Shown here: one piece after another, positions 24,817 to 38,024 of the stretch
Numbering within the stretch: position 1 is the first letter of the stretch
How the letters are laid out: the number at the start of each line of letters is the position of its first letter
Assembly (NCBI GenBank): GCA_951406725.2
Contig: OX597816.1
Span: 130,510,001-130,574,000, forward strand
Reading direction: 5' to 3'
Length of the DNA stretch: 64,000 nucleotides
Source of the DNA: Octopus vulgaris
Lineage: Eukaryota
The notes under the pieces: generated by a model
What the model saw: only the letters and a program-made list of their open reading frames with translations
Database searches by the model: none
Told to the model about the DNA's origin: nothing
Program-made: the position numbers and the translations under genes

Positions 24817-25241
24817 GGGATCTTTTCGGTTTGAACGGCAGTTTTTAACATAATTTCTAGGTAACTAAAAAATTTTAAACTTTGTATACTGGTAGAATGT
24901 GTTTATAAAACATATTTTTCTCTTGGCTTTATTGTGAAAATTCTATAGTTTGTAAGATATTTAGTTTTTTTTTCCTCAATTTCTGCAATTTCAACCAATC
25001 AATTACGTCTATTGAGGTAAAAAACATTCCGTGCCGTATGAATATGTCCCTCGTTTAAGAAACAGATTGAGTTTATTTACATTTGTGAAGAAAAAAAGAT
25101 ACCCTTCCCCCCACCCCTAACCCTAACCCTAACCCTAAAACAGATAGAAATGCAATAGATCGATACTAGGGTCATAATTATGGGTGACAATTTCATATGA
25201 CACCGCTAGAAAAAAACTGCCGTTCAAACCGAAAAGATCCC
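24817..25241. mobile_element. Non-autonomous TIR element carrying (CCCTAA)4
   Basis: Perfect 30-bp TIRs GGGATCTTTTCGGTTTGAACGGCAGTTTTT. Flanks ATGAGA/ATGCGA (possible 6-bp TSD with one mismatch). CCCTAA x4 at 25115-25138. Confidence 0.9.
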
Positions 25242-25560
25242 ATGCGAACATAGGCGTGTGTACATACAAGTGAATAAACAAACTGGGGAGAAAAGTACTC
25301 ATCACATGAAATAGAGCTGGTTCTGTTATTAGAAGCTGATGTTTTCGCTGGATCATTACTTTGAGTTTCGTATTTCTATCACCTTTGACTGGCAGAAACA
25401 TAGATCTTAAATAGATAACGCATAAAGTTCACGAGAGATGTACAGGGAGTGAATAAGTGCTGGCCGTTTTTCCAGATCTTTATTGAATACTTGACTTCTC
25501 AATCCAAAATGTTCTCGCATTTCGAAATTATTATATATGAGAATACGTTTCTAAGAATAA

Positions 25561-25881
25561 AAGACTCCGCCGGTTACGACGACGAGGGTCCCAGCTGATA
25601 CGATCAACGGAACAGCTTGCTCGTGAAATTAACGTGCAAATGGCTGAGCATTCCACAGACACGTGTACCCTTAACGTAGTTCTCGGGGATAATCAGCGTG
25701 ACACAGAGAGTGACAAGGCTGACCCTTTGAAATACAAGTACAACTCATTTTTGCCAGCTGAGTGGACTGGAGCAACGTGAAATAAAGTGTCTTGCTCAAG
25801 GACACAACGCGTCGCCGGGAATCGAACTCACAACCTTACGATCATGAGCCGAATGCCCTAACCACTAAGCCACACGCCCTC
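25561..25881 (-). mobile_element. Full-length tRNA-derived SINE (family C) with 16-bp TSD
   Basis: A-box TGGCTTAGTGG and B-box GAGTTCGATTCC, followed by GTTGTGTCCTTGAGCAAGACAC. TSD ACGTTTCTAAGAATAA at 25545-25560 and 25882-25897. Confidence 0.92.
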
Positions 25882-26456
25882 ACGTTTCTAAGAATAATAA
25901 GCTAAACAATATCAGTTTTATTACACCATACACTGTTCACTGTTTTTTTTATAACTACCTAATGTATCATCAGTGCGCCTATATTTTGGTACGCCTGAGA
26001 TGATAGCTGTAGTGGTACTGTGTCTGTAAGCAGGTTGCAGTTAGTTTGGCGAAAATTTTGGCACCAAATAATCCTTTCTGTTATAGGCACAAGGCCTGAA
26101 ATTTTTTTTGGGGGAGGGGCTGCTCGATGACATCTGACTCAGTGCTTGACTGGTACTTAATTTATCGACCTCAGCGGAATGTGTACTCAGAACGTAAACA
26201 CGGGCAAAATGCCGCTAAACATTTTGACCGATGTGCTAACGATTCTAACTGCTTCATTTTTTGGCACCAAATAATAAACATTTATTATTTGGTATACTTA
26301 ACTGGTATACATGGGAAATTCGACTTATTGATATCAAATTTCGCAAGATCCTGATGTCAACTGGAAGCTTCCACAGGAAGGAGGGTAACTTTCTAGGTGC
26401 AATTCCATGGTCATTCATGACCGAAGGAGAGTCTCCTCATCTATAGATGTATATAA

Positions 26457-26618
26457 GCGTGTTTGCGTGGTAAAAAACTTGTTTCCCAACCACTTGGTTT
26501 AGGGTCCAGTCCCACTGCGTAGCACCTTGGGCAAGTGGCTTCTACTATATCCTCGGGCGGACCAAAGCCTTGTGAGTAGGTTTGGTAGACGGAAACTGAA
26601 AGAAGCCCGTCTTATATG

Positions 26619-26688
<70 letters not shown>

Positions 26689-26840
26689 TGTGTGTGTGTC
26701 TGCGTGTCCGTGTTTGTCCCCACCATCACTTGACAACCGATGTTGTTGTGTTTACGTTCTCGAATTTAGCGGTTCGGCTAAATGGATCGATAAAATAAGT
26801 ACCAGGCTTACAAAGAATAAGTACTGGCGTCGATTTGAAA
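26457..26840 (+). mobile_element. SINE family A with internal (TA)n(TG)n
   Basis: CCTTGGGCAAGTGGCTTCTACTATA...GGAAACTGAAAGAAGCCCGTC blocks. Confidence 0.85.
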
Positions 26841-26890
26841 CAATTAAACGAATAAAAAATAAATAAATATATATATATATATATATATAT

Positions 26891-26938
<48 letters not shown>

Positions 26939-27444
26939 CGCGTGACTGTGCGCGCACACGTTTGTGAGTTCAAGTAGAAAAAAAAAAAAAGGAAAATATA
27001 GAGCTAAAGAACCAATTCCTGAAAGGTGACGAAACAACGTCATACGAATCGTAAGTAACTGTCCTTCTAATTTTTGTTTTTTGTTGTGGGCGTGCGCAGA
27101 AATTTTCTTGTGTGCAGATTTTGTCTTCCTTTGCGAAAGCTTGTGCTCATCTATACTAGTAACTATTTTTCAAATTATTTCAATAAAAAATAAAGTAAAA
27201 AAAAAAGAAGAAAAAATCAATTTTATCTTGAAAATTTTGTGTGCGTACAATTTTCCTCATCTCTAGGTGCAAAACATGTGTGCGCACGCAAAAGCGTACA
27301 CCTTAGAGAGAAATATCGACGGGCAGCGAATTCCCCAAGAAGCTCTCAGCTATTGAAGATGTCCCATGCAATTTGGCAACTGGCGGACAGGTTTACATTA
27401 ACAGGAACACTCTACAAACCAGCAAAGCGTTATGTATAATGTAT

Positions 27445-29000
27445 AATTCGTCGTCATCCGTTCCATATTCATTGTCGGCGTCGAAATCGTTGGTGTTGTA
27501 GTATTCTTCGTAATTATATTGTATGTATATCGTCATCAATGTCGTTGTCTTCGCCGACTTTTGCCGGCTTCTTCAACGTGACTCATAAGCTGTAGCCCTA
27601 GACCATGACTCATAGTTCTGTGAGTCACAGTATGGAGCCCCAGACTATGATTCGCAGTCTAGGACGACAACGTATGCGATACAGTCTTGGGTCCCAGTAT
27701 ATGGATCTTTGTCGAGGGCTACAAACTAAAAAGTACAGCCTTGGGTCCTAGCCTGTGAATCGCGGTTTAAGGTTCAAGTTTATGAATAACTGTATAGGTT
27801 TACAGCTTATGAGTCATACTCTGGAGCATCACTCCATGAGTCACAGTCGTCTTTATCGCCGTCATCGTCGTTATGGTTGTCGTTTTCGTCATCGTCGGCA
27901 TAGTATTAGACGTCGTCGTTCTCGTTGTCGTTGTGGAATATGTCGGCGTCTTTTTCCTTATAGTTGTATCAGTCATCATTGTCGTATTCTTCGTAGCTGT
28001 CATCGTATTCATCATCATCGTTGTATTCGTCGGCGGAGTCGTTTTTGTCGCCCTCAACTTTTTCGACGCCTTCTTCGTGGACTCATAGGTCGTGATATTA
28101 GACCATGAATCATAGGCCTATGAGTCTCAGCCTAGAGTCCCATCCTATGATTCTCAGTTGAGGGAACAGCGTATGATGGTCTACGTAACTAGCCTGTGTA
28201 TCAAAGTCTTGGGCACCAAATCATAAGTTACATTCTCGGGCCTCTGCCTATAAGTAACAGTCTAAGTTCCCAGGCTATGAGTCACAGTTTAAGGCCAAGG
28301 CCCACAAATCACAGTCTAGGGCTCCAAATTATGAATCGTAGACTATGAGTCACAGGTACCCAGCCTATAAATGACAGTTCCTTGTAATCTCTGTTTCCAT
28401 TGTTATTATCATTGTCGAATTCGTTGCTGCCGTATTCTCGTCATCGTATTAGTCACTTTTGGAGTCATCTTCGGAGTCATTTTCGGAGTCGTCTTCCTCA
28501 TCATTGATGTATTCGACGTCACAGACCAGATCCTCAGTCTATGAGTCATGGTCTAACTTTCCAGCACTTGATTCACTGTTTAGGATCGCAGTCTGGGGCC
28601 CCCAACGTATAAGTAAACGTCTAGCACTACAATCAAGGATCCCAGTCAATAAATCAGTTTTAGGCAGTTGTTTATAAATCACAGTCTTGTCGTTTAGTGT
28701 TCGACCGGCCAAGTGTCAATTTTAGCTACCCAGTCTATGAATCACAGTTTAAGTCTCTATCTATGAGCCACAGGCTAGGGCTTTTCCAGCTTCTCCATGG
28801 TGTAGAGAACCAGGTTCTGAAGCATGCATAAGACCCACAGCCTATAAGTCACAGTCTATTCGATGTATTACAGCCTCAGCCTATGAGTCATAAGCTAGAA
28901 CTTTAGCCTGTGAGTCGTGGTCGTCTATTCATTGTTGTGGATGTTGTATTCGTGGTTGACATCGCTTTTGAAGTTATCATCACTGTATTTGATGATGTAT
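27445..29000. repeat. Diverged 27-bp satellite blocks alternating with GTC/ATC trinucleotide blocks
   Basis: Consensus approximately TATGAGTCACAGTCTAGGGTCCCAGCC. Eight consecutive units of exactly 27 nt run from about 27619. Block starts ACTCATA at 27581 and 28081 are 500 bp apart. Confidence 0.8.
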
Positions 29001-30359
29001 TTCCCTAAGAAATACATAATATTTTAATGGGTTAGTTACCAGGTGGTAGTGCTCATGATTTTGCGGACCCTCCGAAACTTGCGATACTGATGCAGTTGAC
29101 GTTTAACACGAATATCTATAAATTAATGTCAAGTGGTTATAGTAGGCAAGTTCGATACTTTTGTAGAGAGGAAATATTGAGCTGAGTGATTAATACAGAG
29201 GCTAGTTGCGAAAAGAGAAACAAGGGTTTACCGTATGGTTAGAAGTAGTACGTAACTAGCTAGTTCAGAGAAGGAGAAGCCGTTGCAGGAGTTGCTAGAA
29301 AGCGTAGGGAGAGGAGAGTTAGCGTGTCTAAGCTAGTAGGGCAAGTAGGAAAACCTTTTTTATAATGACAAAAATATTTACGTCCAGTAGTTATGCTCCG
29401 ACAGTTTTATTGGTATGTTTAAAATTTCACGCTCACTAATCCTAGACGTAGCGGTTAGGTCAGTTAGTTTTATATAAAATCAATATAAAACCACACCGAA
29501 GCATACTAAATGACCTCAAAGGCCTGCTGCACCATACTAAATCATATTAAATCATTTTAAACAAAACCAAGTGTCAAGTCTTCACAGACAATGAAGAAAA
29601 AAAGGAGAAAGTGAGATAGTGAAAGAATCAGAGAGAAAAGAGGATGGAAATAAGAAAGGAAGGAAGTGGTGGGTAAAAGAAAAGGGAAACAAAATGAAGA
29701 GACAGAGGGAAAGAGAGTCGGAAGTTGCTGAAAGAAAGAGAAAGGATAGAAAGGAATGTCATATGATAGAGTAAAGAGCGGCTGGAATAACGCGAGAGAG
29801 AAGTAGATAGATAGAGAGAAAGAGCGAGAGAGAGAGAGAGGGGGGAGAATAGAAAGTTAGAAATTGAGTGAAAGGGAAAGGAAGGAAAGAAAGATGGTGG
29901 AGAATTGTGGGGATAGAGAAAGATGGAAACGAAAAGAGAAAAGGAGACAGACGAATTCCACAAGTTGATAAACAGAGACAGATGTTTTTTTTATATGTTG
30001 TTGTCCAAGAGGTCAAAACCAGTCAAGCGTGTGAAGTTATTATAGAAGCTTAACAACTTGTGACCTCATAAAGAGGCAGTGTAAGGGACGTGGCAACCTT
30101 TGTGGACCACACTAACTTTGAAGGAGTGGGGGAAACTATGGGCGCAAAGTGGTTTCCAGTTTCTATCCCAATATCCATCTTCTATCATCCGGTTTCTAAC
30201 CCAAGTGTCTTCTACCCTCTCCCGTGGTCAAGTCAACAAATACTTTGTTAGTGAACTTGGATAGACAGAAACTGCATTATATGTGTGTGCGTGTGTGTGT
30301 GCGTGTGTGTGTGTGTGTGTGTACGCGCGCGTATTTCTGAGTGTTTGTGTGTGTATATC

Positions 30360-30748
30360 TATCTTTTATCTTTTACTTTTCAGTCATTCGACTGCGGTCA
30401 TGCTGGTGCACCGCCTTGAAGAATTTTAGTCGAACTTATCGACTACAGTACTTATTTTTTTTGTAAAGCCTGGTACTTATTATATCGGGGTCTTTTGCCG
30501 AACCTCTAAGTTACGGGGACGTAAATGCACCAACACCGGTCGTCAAGCGGTAGTGGGGGACAAACACACACACACACACACACACACATGCACACTCACA
30601 CACAAAGGTACACATATATGACGGGCTTCTTTCAGTTTCCATCAACTGAATCCACTCACAAGGCTTTAGTCAACCCGAAGCTATAGTAGAAGACACTCGC
30701 TCTAGGTGCCACGCAGTGGGCCTGAACCCGAAACCATGTTGTTGGGAA
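30360..30748 (-). mobile_element. SINE family A
   Basis: Tail, (CA)n and head blocks shared with other copies. Confidence 0.88.
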
Positions 30749-30900
30749 GATAGAGATATAACCCAACGTAATTTATCATAAAGCACATCAACGTAGTCCA
30801 TTTCTCTAAAGTATATCCGTAGTTGTTATGATCCATTTGAGAGTTGAAAACACTGGAGAATACTGTAAACACTGGAAAGTATTTTTTGCAGAGTAATTAC

Positions 30901-31150
30901 ATATTAAAACAGAAAACTTGAAAATTTTAATTTTATTTATTCTGTATCACATATATTTCTTTACCAACAGCAGTTACATCTGTGTACACTTGGAAAAACA
31001 TAGTAAATCTCCTATTAGCAATTCATCAAGTACAGAATTAAAATACTACAAGCTTACATTTTTCACATGTATACAGATGTAATTCGTAAAGAAACATATG
31101 TGATATGAAATATATAATACAGACAATTTTCCAGTTTTCTATTTTATTAT
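30901..31150. repeat. Old imperfect fold-back element
   Basis: TATCACATATATTTCTTTAC/GTAAAGAAACATATGTGATA, TTACATCTGTGTACA/TGTATACAGATGTAA and AGAAAACTTGAAAA/TTTTCCAGTTTTCT. Confidence 0.75.
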
Positions 31151-31173
31151 GTGTGTGTGTGTGTGTGTGTGTG

Positions 31174-31390
31174 AAGGCGGCGAGCTGGCAGAGTCGTTAG
31201 CACGCTGGACGAAATGCTTAGTGGTATTTCGCCCGTCGCTACATTTTGAGTTTAAATTTCGCAGAGGTCGACTTTGCCTTTCATTCTTTCAGGGTCGATA
31301 AATTAAGTACCACTGAAATTCTGGGGTCTATGTAATCGACTAGCCCCCTCCCCCAATACTTCAGGCCTTGTGACTATAGTAGAAAGGATT
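31174..31390 (+). mobile_element. SINE family B (MetaSINE-like)
   Basis: AAGGCGGCGAGCTGGCAGA head and Meta-like domain. Confidence 0.88.
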
Positions 31391-33033
31391 ATATGTGTGT
31401 GTGAGTGTATATATATGTGTGTATAGTTATATGTGTGTATATATACAGGGAGAGAGAGAGAGAGAGGGGGGAGGGAGAGAGAGAATATGAGGGGTTTAGT
31501 TCACTGGTGATCTGAACCAATAGGTATGCGGCAAGCTCACAGCTGAGATTGGAGCGAGGGATCCGTGGTAGGTTTCCGAGTCAGCAGGTATATATTAAAG
31601 GGAAAGGAAACAAAACCAAAGCAGGACGAGTATCTCAGCTCATTTAGAATATTTAATTAGAGTAAGGTAAATCAAAACAAGGAGAAGTAGAAATAATTAG
31701 AAGTAATTATGGTCCAGTTCTCCAACCTGGATTCAGAAATGAGATTGTATTCCTATAGTCGCATTCTGTATGTCACCAGCGAATTGAAACAAACAACGAA
31801 AATCATAAGATAGCCATAAGGTCCAGAAGACTTACAAGATAAGAACAGGCGATTAAGAGGTCATGTTGGCTTTACGAAAGACACTTCTCAGTCATCTGTC
31901 GTATTACTCTCCGTGATGGTCACGCCAAAGTGTCAAGATGATTACAGAACTTGAAGTAATCCTATAATTCTACAGCAAGAAATATTACCTTTTAGCAGCA
32001 GATAAGTAACAGGGAGAGACTGCAAACATTAAAATTGTACTTTCTGGGGTGAAGAATGGAAATATATACAGTAAAATATATCTATAGCATCTGCAAAAAA
32101 TTGACAGCATCTTCAAAGAATTGACAACAACCTGTCATTGAAAAGTACGAGGCGCCTTTGGACAGAGCCACAAGTAGCATGCAACATTAAGACTACTTGC
32201 AGAAATAGCTGGGGTTGAAAGACCTCAGCCTTTTTTTAATATCCGAAAAACACAAGAGTCTACTGAGACTAGATGTCAATACATTCAGGCACCATTTTTG
32301 AAATCACTGTGTAAAACGAGTCAACGAGGGAGCCTCTATGTGGTGGTTTGATCAGCTAGCAGTAACACACACACACACACGCGCGCGCGCACACACACAC
32401 GCGCACAAACACACACACACACACACACGCACGTATATACGACGGGCTTCTTTCAGTTTCCATCTACTGAATACACTCACGAAGGTATTGTAGAATACGT
32501 AGTGGGACCGAGCCTTCAAAACAATTGTAATCATTTTAAAAATCGGAGAGCACATTGTAGTTGAAGATAAATTATTTAGAAATAAGAAGGGATGGTCATG
32601 GCCGTAAGTCTTCGATCATAGATCATCTAGATGAGATTTTATTTAAATGTCAAGTATTGTGTAAGTTTCCGGATGAACCTACATCACAGGAACGGTTTCA
32701 ACCACCCCTTTTACCAAATATCAACTACAGAACGTGGACTGCAACAGCAATGATGGCGCAGCCCTAGCAAACCCAAAGTTGGAATCCTAATGTTGCTGCC
32801 ATCAATAATATATATATATATATCGTTGGTATTATGCAAAAGTGTCGTAAATACAGAAAACGAAAAAATAGTTTCACCACTTCATAGTAAAACCATTGTA
32901 TTACACTTTGACATCTGAAGCAGCTGGAGATATGATAGATTGACCAAAAGAACCAGCTATTGCAAGCAAAAATAAATATTGAAAAATCGCATTTGGCTAA
33001 ATTTGGATATACGACAGTTTAACATAAAAGCAA

Positions 33034-33091
<58 letters not shown>

Positions 33092-33181
33092 TTGCTTTTA
33101 TGTTATATATACAAAAGACGAAGACAGGTGGTGTAGACAATAAACAGATGTATTAGTATAACGCTTGGGAAGTGAAAAAGT

Positions 33182-33217
33182 CTTTAACGTTTCGAGCCTA
33201 CGCTCTTCCACAGAAAG
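33182..33217 (-). ncRNA. Minimal hammerhead variant (core CUGUGGA)
   Basis: Minus strand CTTT-CTGTGGA-A-GAGC(GTAG)GCTC-GAAAC-GTT-AAAG; same repeat family as 14590. Confidence 0.58.
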
Positions 33218-33858
33218 GAACACAGAAAGAAAGAAGAAGAGAAAATAAAGAATGTGTAGTGGTTAGCGATCTATGTATGTATATTTATGCATACACATAC
33301 ACACAGACATATTTACATATATACATTCACACGCACGTATTTTTCTTTCCTCCCTCTGTGTGTGTGTATAAATGTATTTGTATGTATGTATATATACGTG
33401 TGTGTGTGATTGTGCTTGATTTTGTGTGATATCATGTGTATGTGTGTATGTATGTATTCGTATGTGCGTAATATTGTATGTATGTAGGATTCAGTAGTTC
33501 GAATTACCTTCTCTTGAATTGTTGAATGAAGTAATTGACTGAGCCTTCCAGAGGCTGAGGTATCCTCAACGTAATTCTGAGGAAGAATCAGCATGGAATA
33601 GTGTGTTGACATGGTGCCTTTTGAATTATAGGAACAATCCAATAGACGAGTTTCAGTACAGTCTCTGTTCGTTCAGTTCCACTCACAAGGTATGAGATGA
33701 TCTGAAGTCCTAGAGAATGACACGGTGCAAAACGGAGTCGAAAACGAAATTTAATGAATGCTAATCAAACTGCTTAATCATGTGACCATGCTACTCCTTT
33801 ATATATATTTATGCGTGTGTATGTGTGTGTGTGTGCGTATGCCTGTGTGTATGTGTGC

Positions 33859-33936
<78 letters not shown>

Positions 33937-34208
33937 CATAGATACATGCATATACACATTCGCATACTCACACGCGCACACATTATTTACAACCACTATC
34001 TGATAAAGAACGCGGGACATTAAAATGCCCAGAATTAGTATTTACACGCATATATACGTATATATCGATATATCTTTATGCTTTTATGCGTGTGTGTGTA
34101 TGTGTAAGTGTGTGTGTACGTGTGTGCGTGCGTGTGTGTGCGTGTGTGCGTATGTATGTATTTATATATCATCAAATGTACGTGTGCGTGTGTCTGTGTA
34201 TATCTATG

Positions 34209-34428
<220 letters not shown>

Positions 34429-34974
34429 GCTATCTATATGCATGTGTGCGTGTCTCGCTTTCCGTATACTCGTTTTTCCCTCTCTCTCTTTTCCTCTTCC
34501 GCTCCCTCCATATCTCTCTCTTTATCCCTTTCACTCTCCATCGCTCTCCATCTCACTGTGTCTTTCCCATTCGAATTTATTTGCATTTGCTTGTCCTGTT
34601 TCGTTTTCGCTTTCCTTTCATCTCTTTTTCTCCCGATCTCATTTCCTGCGCCTCATCGTTGTTTCACCAAGAACGAGCGAACAAAACATCTCGTGATTGT
34701 ATCCTGCTGTCTTAAAAACAAAGGAAGATATTTGTCGATTGATTGTCCCAGAAACATACATACAGACAAAAAAAAAATGAAAAAATACTATTAAGCTGTC
34801 TTGGGGGTTTAAAATACAGAACAACCCTAGATCCACAACTCTTACCACAAGGTAAGAGTTGTAGATCTCTTACCACAACTCTTACCTTGTCACTTAATCT
34901 CTCTCTCTCTCTCACACACGTACATGCACACGCGTGCGCGCGCACACACACACACACATGCATATGCACACAAT

Positions 34975-35290
34975 AGTATCAGAAACTCAACCCTATATAT
35001 GCGACTCTCGACTGCCGCTCTGTAAAATTTCTTATAACAGAAAGTTAGGCGTTTTAGCCACGCCTACAATATGGGAGGAGCTTTTTTAAAAAACTTAATT
35101 TTTTTCCATCCCCCAACTTTTCTACTATGACAATATTTTTTGTAGGCGGAGCCACGTTGTTACATTAATAATACACGTGGTCATTCACTATAGTAGTGTG
35201 GGGTGGGCTTTAGAGCACAAAAGTAGTAGTAACTCCTCCTCCATTCCGCTATAGAATAGACCACACCCACATTTTCTCCACGTTTTGTTT
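34975..35290. promoter_or_regulatory. Putative regulatory island
   Basis: Unique sequence with Sp/KLF-like boxes (CCACGCCTAC, GTAGGCGGAGC, GGGGTGGG, CCACACCCAC), an E-box CACGTG and a TATA-like CTATATAT. Motif evidence only. Confidence 0.3.
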
Positions 35291-35651
35291 TCATTCTCGA
35301 AAACGAAAAGGAAAGAAAAACAACAAAAACATCTGTATTTATTTATGAATATCAAATATAATAGAAATGTATCTCATTTATAGGTGCAGTATTTATCTAT
35401 TGATAATTTAGATTATAGGCTTGGAGAAGGCGTTAGGATGGGGCAGAAATTATTGAGTACACCGAAGTGGTTTAATGCGTAGCGATTATTTTGGTTACGT
35501 TGTTTGGTGCGCTGCGTTCAAATTCCGATTTAGTCGATATTATTATTATTTTTCAGTTCTGGGCGTATTACTTGTTAACTATTCCAATCCATTACGCAGG
35601 TTTCTGGTAAAAATTTCAGTCTTGTGTCTGATAATGTCAGAAATATCAATG

Positions 35652-36075
35652 AGGCGGCAAGCTGGCAGAAAAACGTTAGCACGCCGAACGAAATGCGTAG
35701 TCGTATTTCGTCTGTCGTTACATTCCGAGTTCAAATTCCGCCGAGGTCGACTTTGCCTTTCATCCTTTTCGGGGTCGATAAATTAAGTACCAGTTTCGTA
35801 CTGAGGTTGATATAATCGACTTAATCCGTCTGTCTGTCCTTGTTTGTCTCCTCTGTGTTTAGCCCCTTGTGGGTAGTAAAGAAATAGGTATTTCGTCTGC
35901 CGCTACGTTCTGAGTTCAAATTCCGCCGAGGTCGTCTTTGCCTTTCATCCTTTCGGGGTCGATAAATTAAGTACCAGTTACACACTGGGGTTGATGTAAT
36001 CGACTTAATCTCCCTATGCCTGTCCTTGTTTGTCCCCTGTATGTTTAGCCCCTTGTGGGCAACAAAGAAATAAGA
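35652..36075 (+). mobile_element. SINE family B tandem dimer
   Basis: One head followed by two ~190-bp body units, each ending TTTAGCCCCTTGTGGG..AAAGAAAT. Confidence 0.9.
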
Positions 36076-36510
36076 AATATCAATGATATTGATTGATGAT
36101 GATGATGATGATGATACGAATAATCATTCCCAGCATCATTATAAGTTATAATAATCATGTTCGGCATGATGACGTTAATGATGATGATGATGATGATGAT
36201 GATAATAATAATGATGATGCGCCTCGATCGCCGCCATCACGCTGCCGCCGCCGCCGCCGCCACCGCCACCACCACCACCACCACCACATCATCGCCACCA
36301 TCATCATCGCCGTCATCAATTATGTTTTTTTTAGATGATACTCATAAAGCGGGACAGTTTTTTCTTTGCGGGGCATCACATTTTACTCCATACCCAACCT
36401 TATACTTAACCAACTTCCTTCAAAGACCAATAACCAAAAAAAAAAAAAATTGTCCCTAATCTTGACAAAAGGTCACTTATTTAGTGAATTAAGATGGATT
36501 ACAATCGAGT

Positions 36511-36690
36511 ACTCTTTTACTTGTTTCAGTCATTTTACAGCGGCCATGCTGGAGCACCACCTTTAGTCGAGCAAATCGACCCCAAGACTTATTCTTTGCA
36601 AGCCTAGTACTTATTCTTTCGGTCTCTTTTGCCGAACCGCTAAGTTACGGGGACGAAAACACACCAGCATCGGTTGTTAAGCGATGTTGG

Positions 36691-36733
<43 letters not shown>

Positions 36734-36900
36734 TATATACGACGGACTTCTTTCAGTTTCCGCTTACCAAATCCGCTCACAAGGCTTTGGTCGGCCCGAG
36801 GCTATAGTAGAAGACATTTGCCCAAGGTGCCACGCAGTGGAACTGAACCCGGAGCCATTTGGCTGGTAAGCAAGCTACTTACCACACAGCCACTCCTGCG
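36511..36900 (-). mobile_element. SINE family A, full length
   Basis: All family blocks present. Confidence 0.9.
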
Positions 36901-37045
36901 ATTGAATATACTGCGTTATTTAACATGCTGCTTCCTAATTATTTAATCGATCTCGGTCATAGTGAAAAGCTAAGTCAACGTCGGCGATATTTGAACAACA
37001 ACAACAGCTACTACTACTGCTACTACTACTACCACCACCACCACT

Positions 37046-37141
<96 letters not shown>

Positions 37142-37517
37142 CATGATGATGATGATGTTGTTACTGATGTTGCTACCTTAACTGTCATGTTTTTTTTACA
37201 TGAATATTAGTTAGGTTGACAATTGATTATGGATTTTTGAAATCGATTGTATTGACTCGAGTAGACTACTGGTTCTTAAACGATTCGACGGCAAAACCGA
37301 TCGACTGCAAGAAATAGTGGTCATATCTTACTCAAATTCCACCTTTAAAAACGAACTGACAACAATTAAATTAGTAAAATATATACTATATCTGGAATGT
37401 CTTTGGTAACAAGTCCGCCAGATCACGAGTGACATGAGGTTAAATAACAACAAAAAACAACATTATCGACACCAAAGAAGAAGAACAACCACAACAACAG
37501 ATACTTATTTTTTAGTC

Positions 37518-37707
37518 CAGTGCTCCGTAACCTCTATGCCGTGGCACATTGTGTGCCACGAGGCGATGCTAGGTGTGCCACAGTGTAACCTGAATATAAT
37601 TTTTTCCCCTATACTTTTAGTTATATTTTTAGTTCAGCAGTGCCGCTGATTTTGAAAAGAATGTAACTGTACGCAAGTAAAAAAAAAAAAAAGGCTGCGG
37701 AGCACTG
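37518..37707. mobile_element. hAT (Charlie-type) MITE
   Basis: TIRs CAGTGCTCCGTAACCT / AGGCTGCGGAGCACTG; 8-bp TSD TTTTAGTC/TTTTAGAC. Confidence 0.88.
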
Positions 37708-38024
37708 TTTTAGACGTCAAAAGCAAAGATGAACCTGGCGGGATTCGAAATCAGAATATAAAGGGACATAACTCAACACTACAAAATCAAGGTTGAAGAG
37801 GTGACGTGTATAACAAGGAATATAGCGTTCGTGGGTGCTGTCTCTGAAGACTGCACATTCAGTAAATACCTATTTGGACATTTCACACCATCTCAGGAAC
37901 AAAACACTCCAGAAAAAGTGGAATTTCAAAAGAAATTGTGTATTTTAAGGTTATCTATAAATTTCCAACCATCTTCACTGTTTTTCAAAATACCTGTTAA
38001 GTTTTCACGAGTACAGCAGTTATT

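Noticed and set aside
25115-25138. Telomere or chromosome-fusion remnant
   Set aside because: Only four units, located inside a TIR-bounded element.
27755-28108. Arg-rich, Thr-rich and Val-rich ORFs
   Set aside because: Products of the degenerate GTC/ATC tract.
27581-28920. CRISPR-like appearance of the 27-bp array
   Set aside because: Units are contiguous, with no unique spacers and no cas genes; the context is eukaryotic.
31490-32330. Complex purine-rich stretch that may be a retroelement internal fragment
   Set aside because: No motif I can recognise; left unannotated.
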